64,000 nucleotides of DNA from assembly GCA_002269645.1 (NCBI GenBank), contig NIVC01002626.1, positions 1 through 64,000 on the forward strand. Direction: 5' to 3'. Numbering within the stretch: the first letter of the stretch is position 1; each line of letters starts with the position of its first letter. A program made the translations under genes and the position numbers. Source of the stretch: Macrostomum lignano. Lineage: Eukaryota. Of the stretch, positions 12,903-22,945 are shown piece by piece. The notes under the pieces are model-generated. The model had not been told where the DNA came from. It did not search any database and saw nothing but the letters and a program-made list of their open reading frames with translations.

Positions 12903-13647
12903 TTGGATATGTATCTATCCTTGGGATTAGGAATGAGTGGTCAAAATATGATAAGCAATAGCTTCGTCGTTTTAATTCAGTAGACGAAATTTTATTGAAC
13001 CAAATAATCCATCAGTGAAAGTACAGTCCAAGCTGCGCGAGGAGCTGCTAGCTCCTGATCAGTTCCCCAAGGGAGATAAATGTCGAGGCAATGAAGCGTG
13101 CCCCGGGCCAAACACACACCCCAATGCAGCCGACTTTGTTCTAGCGGTTTGCCTTTTCAATTTTGCCTTAATGCAGAAAGCGCTTATATAGTGGTGGCCA
13201 TAGGAGGAGTGAAAGAGTGACTTCAAGAGAGCAGCGTAGATCGCGGATGCGCTTTACGGTGCAAGGGAAGAGAGTGTAAAACGGAGATAGCTAGGGGTCA
13301 CCGGATCTTTTCTGGCTATGCATATCTCGCTTACTTTCTATCAGAGCTATATATATATATGAAACATATAGAGGAAGATTAAGGGAGTAAGGGGTTAAGA
13401 CCTACTTGTTATCCCTTCAAACAAGTGCGCGGCCGTGGAACTTCGGACACGAGGCAAATTTTTATTGGTGCTTTGGCTGGAAGCACTTCACGACTATAGT
13501 AAGTCAGGAAGTTGTAACTATGCCTCTCACTGCCTTGGCCTGCACATGATTAGGGTATCAGGTATCCTGTCCTATCCTTGTACCAATTTTTTTATGGCTG
13601 GGATCACATTTTGTACAGATTTAGTTTGCCGGGAGGACTGTTGGTGC

Positions 13648-14165
13648 CAGAGGCGTCGCCATGGATTTTATGGTGGGGGGGGGACAAAGCCAAGAATTCA
13701 CCATGTACATGTACATAACTAAATTTCTACATTTCCATTATTTTGAGAATCGTGTTGTCAGCGCTCATTTTAGCGCCGCAGGCACTCATTTTGGCGCCGC
13801 AGGCACTCATTTTAGCGCCGCAGATACTCATTTTAGCGCCGCAGGCACTCATTTTAGCTCAGAAGGCACTCATTTTAGCGCCGAAGGCACTCATTTTAGC
13901 GCCGCAGGCACTCATTTTAGCGCCGCAGGCACTCATGTTAGCGCCTAAGGCACTCATTTTAGCGCCACAGGTACTCATTTTGGCGCCGCAGGTACTCATT
14001 TTAGCTCAGAAGGCGCTGTATCGCCCTGAAAAAAATTATTGATTACTACAACGAGTCACAAGATGGGGTGAGGGGACAAAGTATTGGCATGTCCCCCTCA
14101 TAGCTTTTACTGGGGTAGGGGACATTTCCTCCCTGTCTTCCCCCCCCCCGGTGGCGACGCGCCTA
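13648..14165 (+). mobile_element. Non-autonomous TIR element (hAT-like MITE) with an internal 21-bp minisatellite (CACTCATTTTAGCGCCGCAGG, about 12 copies, about 13763-14012)
   Basis: Left terminus CAGAGGCGTCGCCA; right terminus reverse-complements to TAGGCGCGTCGCCA (11/14). Flanked by an 8-bp near-duplication GTTGGTGC (13640-13647) / GTTGGCGC (14166-14173). YAG termini with an 8-bp TSD are typical of hAT. Confidence 0.7.
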
Positions 14166-14400
14166 GTTGGCGCGTTGCAAGCCGAAATTCCGGCTAGTTG
14201 CTATTGTGCGGCAAAGTCGTCCGCAGCGCGGTCCCCCTTCGGATAGGTGAGCCTGTCCTAAGTAAAGGCTGGGCATTCACAGATAACGTTCTTTGCATTC
14301 TCAACACCGGAGAGGCAGAATAGGCATTCCTCTCTATGCGGATTTTCTATCGGGGTTCCACCTTAGAGACACCCTTGTTAGAGGCGCCTAAGCGGTTGTG
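14166..14400 (-). mobile_element. Degenerate LINE 3' remnant (zinc-knuckle region), probably interrupted by the adjacent MITE
   Basis: Minus strand TGCCTCTCCGGTGTTGAGAATGCAAAG..TTATCTGTGAATGCCCAGCCTTTACTTAGGACAGGCTCACCTA matches 1480-1550; it is followed by a TAGCCGGAAT variant of the 3' motif. Confidence 0.7.
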
Positions 14401-16023
14401 ATGCCTGATTCAGCAGACACTTTCATATATGCATGGCCACTTGACTGTCAGAGTGGAGGATGATCCCACAGACCAGGACCAGTCGAACCCTTAGCTAGCT
14501 GGGATTCAATTAATTAAGAACTCTGAGCACCCGTATGCTCAGAGGAGCCAGATCAATTCTCCGTAAAGTACAATGTAACTGAAATTATCTGAGACATCAA
14601 ACGGTCTGCTTGCCAGCCCTCCTGTCTATTAATTTGAGTTACACGTTTCTCTAATTAAGAATGCCTTTGAAAGCAAAAATTCTACATTCCCATTGCCCTT
14701 GTAGAACGCTTTTTGAACTCTGGAATGTGTTTGAGTATGCCCAGAGCATTTCGCCGTGTCACTCGCATCCGTCTTGAAGAAGGAAATTTTCGTTGCAAAG
14801 TGACCTTTATTACTTCTTCTAAAAATGTTACAAGCCAGCTGAAGCAGCGTGAGCTTGATCAAAATTAATTCTTGAAGATTTTTGAATATTTTATATTCTA
14901 AGACGGTGTGCGTGTCATGAAAGCGCTTGATTTTACGGCTCAGAGTCATGGACAACTGAAGTAAGACATTGGGTTTTCTTATAAATGAGCTAGACCCCGG
15001 TAAAGAACTTTTATTTGTCGTATGGCTAGTGTATATTTAGATAATTCTTGCAAGAAAGGAAGCTTTCACGTGTCATCCACGTATATTGTTGGTCTAAGGT
15101 TAAATCAAAGATTTACCCGACCGAAAATTTATTGAAGATTCAAGATTGGCAATACATAAAAATACAGTCTGCCTTTTTTACATTGCGTTATTGAAGTTAG
15201 AGTTTACCATAGACAAATTTGGTCGATAGATAAAATGCTTGCAAGTCTAGAAAACCTATTTACAACTAGCAATCAGAGTCCCAACAATCTCAGACATGTC
15301 GGCAATTTTTCCTAAGACGCTTCTATTATGTTTGAAATTACGTCTTTTCTTCTAAAAATTCTGACGATCAGAATTTTTTCAGTAAATGTACATGCATCGT
15401 GGCTAAGAAATTGCTCGATGCTAAAGGGCTTTTTTGCAAAGGTCAAGCAGCTCTTTCGATTTGAATTTTTTTTCTAAAATCGATCATACCTATGATACCT
15501 ATAGAGATGGACGAACCATTTTTAGTATAGTGGATACCCACAGTAAAGCAGTAGGTATCTTTTTTTACAGTCACGAAGAAATCTACGCACAGCACAGTGC
15601 GTGAGAGCGGTTTGCTTGTTCGCAGGTGTTACGAAAAAATTCAAGTACACTAGCAAAGGCATCAAATTGTGTACGAGTTATTCAGCAGCAGTGGCATCAG
15701 CCATGCGGCCGGGTTTTGGGCATCTCTTGAGCCGCTGCACCTGCTTGTCTGCATCATTTCGGCAATGACGCAAGAAGCTTGATACAATCATTTTATCTCA
15801 AAAACAGCTAGGAGCCCCCAATTCAATCAGCAGATGTTTTTGAACATCAATTGCCAGACTCTTGAAAGAATGAATAAAATGAACCAAAATACATGTAAAA
15901 CGGAGCATCAAAAAACTTTTTTTATTGCTAACTTTTATCGTCTTTTGATAGAGCACATGTTTTTGGCTATTCGAAGATTGAAAATTCGTTTCATGCAGTG
16001 AAGCTTTGTTTGTTAATATGGAT

Positions 16024-16316
16024 AGTAATGATTGATTACACCTGCCCTTAATGGGCCAGACGTGCAACCGACAGCTCAGCCGCAGCTATTGCGCGGCGCA
16101 TCTGAAGGCTGCGTACGGCTGTTCAGTCCAAGCACTGGGGGTCGCCACACACAGCCTCAATTACCCCAGCTAATGCTGGCACCCATTGTAACAGCTGGGT
16201 GAACTGAAGCAATGCAGAGTTAAGTGTCTTGCTCAAGGACACAAATTATTCTGAGTGGTCGAGAATCGAACCCCCGACTTTTCAGTCGTGAGTCCGACGC
16301 TGTAACCACATAAGCT
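16024..16316 (-). mobile_element. tRNA-derived SINE with CORE-like central domain (full-length copy)
   Basis: Reverse complement aligns end to end with 58412-58720: B box GGTTCGATTC, GTGTCCTTGAGCAAGACACTTAAC, and tail GGGCAGGTGTAATC followed by AT-rich repeats. Confidence 0.88.
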
Positions 16317-16811
16317 TCAATCCCTATGGATCCCTACTATAGATATTATATACCTAGTACTGTATACTACAGTATATTCCCAATTGAATGGGAAGTTATA
16401 TATGGGAAAAATCGAGCAGTTGTTTTTCTACACTCAATATCGCACGAATGCCCACAACAGGCATTCACACTCGCACATTTGCAAGCTGCGCGTAGAATCC
16501 GGAAGTGGCTTATATAAATCAACTCTGTCGCAGACCTGGCAGCCTTCTCTTTCTGTCAGTAAATTTGTTTTAGTTAAAAGTGCAACTTTAGCCTTCTGTC
16601 CCCACAGTGTATAACCAGTAGTTAAACTGCAGCTCACTGATCGCTCGATCAGCTGGTTTTTGCCGAGCGGATCAAGTTTGGCTCTCACGCGTTGGCTCTT
16701 CCGGGAAATTTTACAGCATGTGGCTTTTCAGTTATTGATAAATAATTGCAATATCATCAACAGAACTCTTGATTCGCATTTATTATAACTTAGCTAGATT
16801 TTTTAGCCTCC

Positions 16812-16946
16812 GCATAGCTACAGAGACTGAAGGGTTGGGGGTTCGCACTCGGAAGAATTTTTGTACTTGAGCAAAAGTTCACCCAGCTGCAAAATGTGTG
16901 CCAGCATTAGCTAGGGTACTTGAGGATTTGTGTACGTCGACCCCCC
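16812..16946 (+). mobile_element. 5' half of a CORE-like SINE split by the LINE insertion
   Basis: Contains GGGGGTTCG (B-box-like) and AGTTCACCCAGCTGCAAAATGTGTGCCAGCATTAGCTAGGGTA, then CGTCGACCCCCC, as in the intact SINE at 58418-58600. Confidence 0.8.
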
Positions 16947-17043
16947 TTGACTTACTTGACTTAGCTGCAGGGCTGTCCCGGAGGGGACACAGCGGGAAGG
17001 CGCGGGCGCCCATTCCGCTAGTCCCTGAACGGCCGACGCGTCG

Positions 17044-20000
17044 CTATGGACGGAGGGTTGGCGCCGCCCAGGGAGGTCCCCCAGTGTCGCCAGCAGCTAT
17101 GGTGCTCTCTGGAAAGGAGAGTTCAGCCCTGCGGGTGGCCCGAAGGTAGCGCATGAGCTGATTAAAGTTTTCGGGTTTGCACGCTTCAGTAATAGATGTG
17201 TGTGGCCCGAGGTAAGTGAGTCTGGCCCGCGTGAAGGCGGGACAGATGCTGACGAAATGCTCAGCGGTTTCGTCACCTGAGTTGCAGAAACTACAGGTGG
17301 CGTTGGTGGCGTTGCCCTGCAGGTACTGGTGCCTGGAGAAGCAGCCGTGACCAGAGAGGGTCATGGTGGCAGCCCGGATGTCTCTGCGAGAGGCGCAAGA
17401 GGAGCTTCCGGAGCTGGTGAGAGGGCTGAGGGACAGCGCCTCTGGATTGCCTGCAGTTCGTGCGGTTCGCCCAAGTCGAGCGGTGCTGAGTCCTGATCCA
17501 CGCTTTGATGCGTGAGTCGATGACACAGCCAGGAATCGGGACAAGAGGTTCGGGGCCGAGAGAGGAGCCGGAGGCACCAACTTTTGCAAGGGTGTCAGCC
17601 AACTCATTTCCTCGGATCCCCACATGCCCCGGAACCCACTTAAGGGTAATTTTGTTGGCGGAACCCAACACATTGAGGAGTTTGATACAGTCAAGGACTG
17701 TAGCAGAGTTGGTGCTGCAGCCACTGATGGCGTGCAAGGCAGCTTGGCTGTCCGAATGGAAAATGATGTTCTTACCAGTAACGCCAGTGGCGAGAAGCTC
17801 TGCAGTGCAGGAGCTGATGGCCAGAACTTCATTTTGGAAAACACTGGAGTTGACCCCAGTGTATTGAGCGTGGGTAGCGATGACCCTCCCGTTCAGAAAG
17901 ATTCCAACACCAAAGCCGGTGTTGGCTGACTGCTTAGAACCGTCGGTGTAGCAATGAAGCTCACCAGGGTTCCAATGGTCATTGATGTTATCGCGCGAGT
18001 CGATAGCTACGGAGTAGCGCTGTCTCAGGTTGAGCGTTGAGGCAATGCCATCGGTGAAGACGCGATTGGCCTGACACTCGTTGAGAAAGTTGAGGCACAG
18101 ATCGCTATGCGGGACAAGGTTCCGCTTAGCAGGTGCTCTCATGTAAATGAATTTGACGCCGGCATCAATTAGACGCCGCGTCGTTCTAGCCGCCTCACCC
18201 CTGATGAAGAGGTCAAGAGGCGGAAGATTAAGGAAGGCCCCCATGCCAGCAAAGGGCTGGACCTGGTGGCGTTGCAGATGAGCCTACACGCTCTGCCTTG
18301 GATCGTGTTGAGCAGGTCTGCATGGCTTTTGACCTGGGTAGCGCTAACCCAGACAACAGAGGCGTACGTAATGGCAGGTCTAACTACGGAAGTATAGATC
18401 CACCAAAGCCGCTTTGGGGATAGACCCCAAGAAGTGCCAAGTGCTCGTCGGAGCTGGGCCAGGATGGCTGAGGCACGCTTGGCTTTTGCTTTCACGTGGA
18501 AGGACCAGTTGAGCCGGTGGTCAAGTGTGACCCCGAGACATCTGGTCTGGTGCGCGAAGGCAATATCTCTGCCGTAGAGCTGCAGAGGACGTATGTTCCA
18601 GCGTAGTCTGCTGGTAAACATAATGGCAACGGTTTTGGGCTCAGAGAGTTCCAGACCATTGTCATTGGCCCAGGATTCTGCTTTGCGGATAAAGCTCTGC
18701 ATCAGATCCCTGAGCGTGCTGGGAGACGGTCCTGCCACAATGGCCGTGACGTCATCAGCATACCTGACTTTGAAGACGGGGTCGGGTCGGGAGTCACTCA
18801 AAAGAGCGTCCATGACCAGGTTCCAGAGCGTCGGGGTGAGGACTCCGCCTTGGGGTCCACCCTTACAGACTCTGGTGGAGGCAGTTTGCCCAAGAAGTTG
18901 GGCAGTGACCGTACGGTTGGAGATCATGTACATGATCCACCGTATGAGGGTAGCATGAGCTTTGCGATTTTGAAGGGCCCTCTGAAACGCTTCAAAGATA
19001 ACGTTGTCGAAGGCGCCAACAATGTCAAGAAAGAGAGCCAGAGCGTAACCGTCACCCAGTACCGCCCTTTCAATCTTCTCGACAATCGCATGCAGGGCGC
19101 TGTCAGTCGACCTCCCGGTACGGAAGGCGTGCTGATTATTGCTGAGGGGCATCGCTGTCAGCTCGCAGGACAGCAGCCGCCAGAGAATAAGCCTCTCAGT
19201 GAGCTTAAGCATTGCTGACGTTAAGCTAATAGGCCGGAAGGCCTTGACGCTTTGGTAGTCACCCTTCCCAGGTTTGGGAATAAAGACTACCCGAGCTTCA
19301 GTCCAGCATTTGGGAACGTATCCCAGCTGGATAGAGGCCCGCATAGATTGCGGGTGAGTCTCAGGAACGAGGGTATCTTGGCTGCTTCACGAAGGAGAAC
19401 AGGGTAGATACCATCAGGTCCAGGAGATTTGAAGGGTTTGAAGGTTCTGACCGCACGAGCGATTAGGTCTTCAGTGACAATGCCCGCCGCTAGGGTGGCT
19501 CCATCCATCGAATGGTTGGGCTCCGGTCTAGCAGTAGGTACCCTCGGGAAGAATGTGCTAAGCATATGCTGAAGCACTTCTTCAGGGTCTTTAGTAAGAG
19601 AGCCATCATCTTTTTTGATCATGGCTAATTTGGACATTTTGTCCATTGTAAGGGCCTTGACAAGCCTAGAAGTAGGTCTGTCTTGATCCAATTCATTGCA
19701 GAATTGGCGCCACTTACATTCCTTGGCCTTGCGCACTTCAGATTTGAAATTGCGGGAGGCTTGCCGGAAAAGCTCCATGTCCTCCGGGTTTCCGGTCTTC
19801 ATGGCACGGCGATGAAGGCTTTTGGCCTTCCGCCTGAGTTTCCCCAGCTCCGGGTTCCACCACGGCGCCGAGGTCTTGCCTTTGTAGGCGCGAGCAGGAC
19901 AAGCCGCTTCGTAGGCTTCAATAATGCAACCTGTCAGCGTCTCAGCCATATGATCCACATCCTCGCAGGTCTCAATCGGACGTAAGTCCGTGAGTTCCTG

Positions 20001-20780
20001 CAGGTGCAGATCAAGGGCAGCCTTGTAGGCCGCCCAATCAGTGTTGCGGATATTGCGTCTCCAAGTGATCGGAGACTGGGTTTTAGTGTCCGCGATGTTA
20101 AAGGCGATAAAGCAGTGGTCAGACAGGGAGGGCTCCTCAGACCAGACTCTCCACTCCTCAACTCTGTCAAAGAGTCTTGGGGTAACGAGTGTGGCGTCGA
20201 GGACCTCGGTCCATCTGCCATTATTAAAGGTAGGAGTGCTGCCGCGGTTGCAGAGCATGAGGTTTGTGTTAGAGATGAGGGCCAGAAGCTCCTCTCCTCT
20301 AGTGTTGGTATCTTTGCTGCCCCAGTGCTTGTGGTGCGCGTTGAGGTCACCCCCTAAGCACAGCTCAGCGTTCTGGGACTCGCAGTACTGCGCGAGGCGC
20401 AGTAAACTCTCAGGAGCAGGGTCTCTGTCGCCTGGGATATAAACCGAGGCAACAAGACACGTACGCGGAGAGAAATGATTAGATTGGATGACGCAAAGGT
20501 CTCCATCAGAGAGATCAGTCCTCAGCCAAGCCTGGAGATGGCTAGCAGCGAGGATAGCCGCTCTAGGGCGGCTGTTCCCCGGGCCACACACATAAAAATC
20601 AGAGTAGCCAGAGGGAATGTTGGGCAACTTACCGTTGCGCATCCAGGGTTCCTGGATCAGGATGAGGCCTGGCCTGTACAGCTCAGCAATCTTCATCAGA
20701 TTTACTGACGCAGATACGCAATGCTGTAAATTAATTTGCAGACAGAATGTCGCTCCTTTGGCAGCGTGGAGCTTAGTCAT
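17044..20780 (-). CDS. LINE ORF2: AP endonuclease, reverse transcriptase, RNase H and C-terminal CCHC knuckle; three single-base frameshifts (about 19345, 18250, 17390)
   Basis: APE motifs LQINLQH, LIQEPW, GGDLNAHH, LDATLVT, SDH. RT motifs FRPISLTS, QHAFRTGRST, FLDIVGAFD, GPQGGVLTP, YADD. RNase H motifs YTDGS, SDSQAAL, WVPGHVGIRGNELAD. Knuckle CSFC-x8-H-x4-C. Pieces are ORFs 19287..20780, 18169..19344, 17291..18244 and 17044..17844. Confidence 0.95.
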
Positions 20781-20819
20781 ACTGTACTAAATGCAATAGC
20801 TGGCTAGAGCCCAGGGCCA

Positions 20820-22324
20820 TCAAGGAGACTTGGACAACAGATCGTCCTCGTCCCAGGCCGCTGGGGCTTGACTGGGAGATGGGAGTTGGTCGACGTCCAT
20901 GGCCTCCTCTACCCCACCGGCCCCCCCAGCAGAGTCCTCAGGCTCCGATGACAGGATGGAGGAAGCTTCCTCACCTGCATCTTTACCTTCAGACCCCACC
21001 AAGGTGGCCGAGGAGAGCTCGGATTCCGAAGACCCGGCCTCGTCCTCAACTCCTTCTCCGACTGGCAGGTTTGGTTCCCGGGGCTTGGCCGGAGCCGTTA
21101 CCGCGGTCGCCGAACTGCTGCTAGCAGAGGGGCGAGATGCAGCTTTGGCTTTGGGATCGGCTTGCGCCTTTCCTTGGGCCTTAGACTGCGCCCCGCTCTT
21201 GCCGGAGATGCCGGGGTTGGCAGTAGCCTTCCCTTTGGCAGACTTTCCTCGGCGCATCTTGAGCTTGAGGGCACCCAGCTGGAAAGAGGATCCATTAGGG
21301 TACCGACTCGCCCAAGTGCTGGAAAGGCCGAGGACAATTGAGTTGCCCGTCTCCCCCCTGCGGACTCGCGGTGATACACCAGTCCACTAGCAGGGAGGTC
21401 GGGGTTCAGACGCAGTAGGACCCGGCGAATAACGTCTGGTCCAGCTGCGGTGCTCTTAGCAGGGACGAAAACCACATAGGGTATCGTCTTTGGACGCTGG
21501 CCCTCGCGAAGAAAAAGAGCTCCGCCAAGGTCAGCATCCAAGGAGACCGTCGGTAGCCGCTGGAGCAGCCGCCGAGCGTCCTCCTCGCTGCTAGGAGCAA
21601 TAAGAACGAATGTGCTTCGCAGCACCATCCGCTCAATGCCGATGGAGATTCCCTCCTCGACAGTCAGCTCAATCAGATAGGAGTCAACAGCACTCCACAC
21701 TTTTTGAAGCTGATCAGTGGTCCAGTCCTGGTCGCGACCTTGGATGATCACTCCCGGGATTTTGGCCTTGGCCTTCGCCGCAAAGGTAGCTCCCGAAGGA
21801 ACCTCCTTGTTGGCAGTGGCCATTTGTTGCGCCGTGGTTTCGGCCTCAGCAGCCGCGGCAGCAGCTCCAGGGAGCGCCGCCGCTGAACTACTGGAGCTTC
21901 CACCGGCCGGCCCGCCTGGTTGCCTTGGGACTCCAGTCGCTTCAGCATCCATGGTGGACGCCGCCGCTTTGGCCCCCGCAGCTCCCTTCTTGGCCTGCCT
22001 TTTGGCGCGTTGTTTAGCGCGTTTGCGCTCAAGCCGAGCCCGCTGAGCTTCATCGGATCTGCCAGATTTGGCCGGTCCTTTAGGCTCAGAGCTCGCGGTT
22101 CCCTTAGATCCACCAGCGGAGCTGGCAGGTCTTTGGGTATTTTGAGTTTGGTAGCTCTGGTCGGATCTGCCAGCAGAGCCAGCCGGTCCTTCCTTTGCCA
22201 CAGTTGAATCAGTCGGTTGGGATCTGCCAGCAGGGCCGGCCGGTCCTTCGGACTGAGGTTGGGGTTTAGAAGGGTCCCCGTCCCTAGAGTTAGCTTGATT
22301 ATCCATAGACGGCTCGAAGGCCAT
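20820..22324 (-). CDS. LINE ORF1 (nucleic-acid-binding/chaperone), one frameshift in a G6 run (about 21355)
   Basis: First ATG at 22324 (the track start 22381 is GTG). Adding one G at 21353-21358 joins ORF 21098..22381 to 20820..21257 via ETGNSIVLGLSSTWASRY. It ends 39 nt before the ORF2 ATG. Confidence 0.82.
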
Positions 22325-22602
22325 GATAAAAGGTTGGTGGGCTACCCTCAAAGGGGCGCAGTACCCACCCGGCCGCTCCACCTGACCGGGCAGTAGGCCA
22401 ATAGCACCCTCAAGGCTGGCCCGACACCAGGAGGGGGACCGCTTGCGACCGGACTACTCCCCGGCCTTCCAGCCCATCGGCACGGTCAACACCTTAGGCA
22501 TTAGAGAGTACGTTGAGCAGTACCACGGCCTGCAGGTTGGCGAGCCAGACCCGCATACCCAAATTCGGCCGAAGCCACTGGATAGGGTCGCCAGCGCCGG
22601 AG

Positions 22603-22842
22603 CCCAGTCTGTCCAGCAGCCCTAGGGACTGCCTTGAACACACGCGGGGACGAGTACCCTGGGTCGACTTGCGAGACAGCGTGGGGGGGGGTCTGCGGCT
22701 GCCAGAGGCAAATAGAGGGTGCAGACCTCCCACCAGCCTTGACCTGCTGAAGATAGGGGCAGGCGTGAAGCATCGCAGACCTTAGCCCATGGGCCTAGTC
22801 TGTCTCATACTTCACTGACATGCTGAATACGCCTTCGCGTGC
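22603..22842 (-). ncRNA. HDV-like self-cleaving ribozyme at the LINE 5' end
   Basis: P1 GCACGCG (22842-22836)/CGCGUGU (22646-22640) with G1-U wobble; P2 CCCA/UGGG; P3 GGG/CCC; L3 UACUCGU; P1.1 AC/GU; P4 GGCAGUCC-CUA-GGGCUGCU; J4/2 CAGAC with the catalytic C at 22611. The cleavage site coincides with the TSD boundary. Confidence 0.85.
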
Positions 22843-22945
22843 CGTCGACCCCCCAGTCCTTGGACTGAAAGCCCGTACGCAGCCTTCAGGCTGAGCTGTC
22901 GGTTGCACATCTGTCCGTGGGCAGGTGTAATCTATTATTATTAGT
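22843..22945 (+). mobile_element. 3' half of the SINE split by the LINE
   Basis: CGTCGACCCCCCAGTCCTTGGACTGAAAGCCCGTACGCAGCCTTCAG...GCTGAGCTGTCGGTTGCACATCTG...GGGCAGGTGTAATC followed by TTA repeats, matching 58590-58720. Confidence 0.88.

Larger units (their letters stand above)
16947..22842 (-). mobile_element. Full-length non-LTR retrotransposon (I-group; LOA/Lian-like architecture), 5896 bp
   Basis: 12-bp TSD CGTCGACCCCCC at 16935-16946 and 22843-22854. Contains ORF1 and ORF2 (APE-RT-RNase H-CCHC), a 97-nt 3' UTR and a short repeat tail (CTAAGTCAAGTAAGTCAA). The clade call is inferred from domain order. Confidence 0.95.

Noticed and set aside
17505-21390. Plus-strand ORFs antisense to the LINE (17505..17867, 18593..18958, 19934..20350, 20879..21390 and others)
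   Set aside because: Shadow ORFs of GC-rich coding DNA; no motifs.
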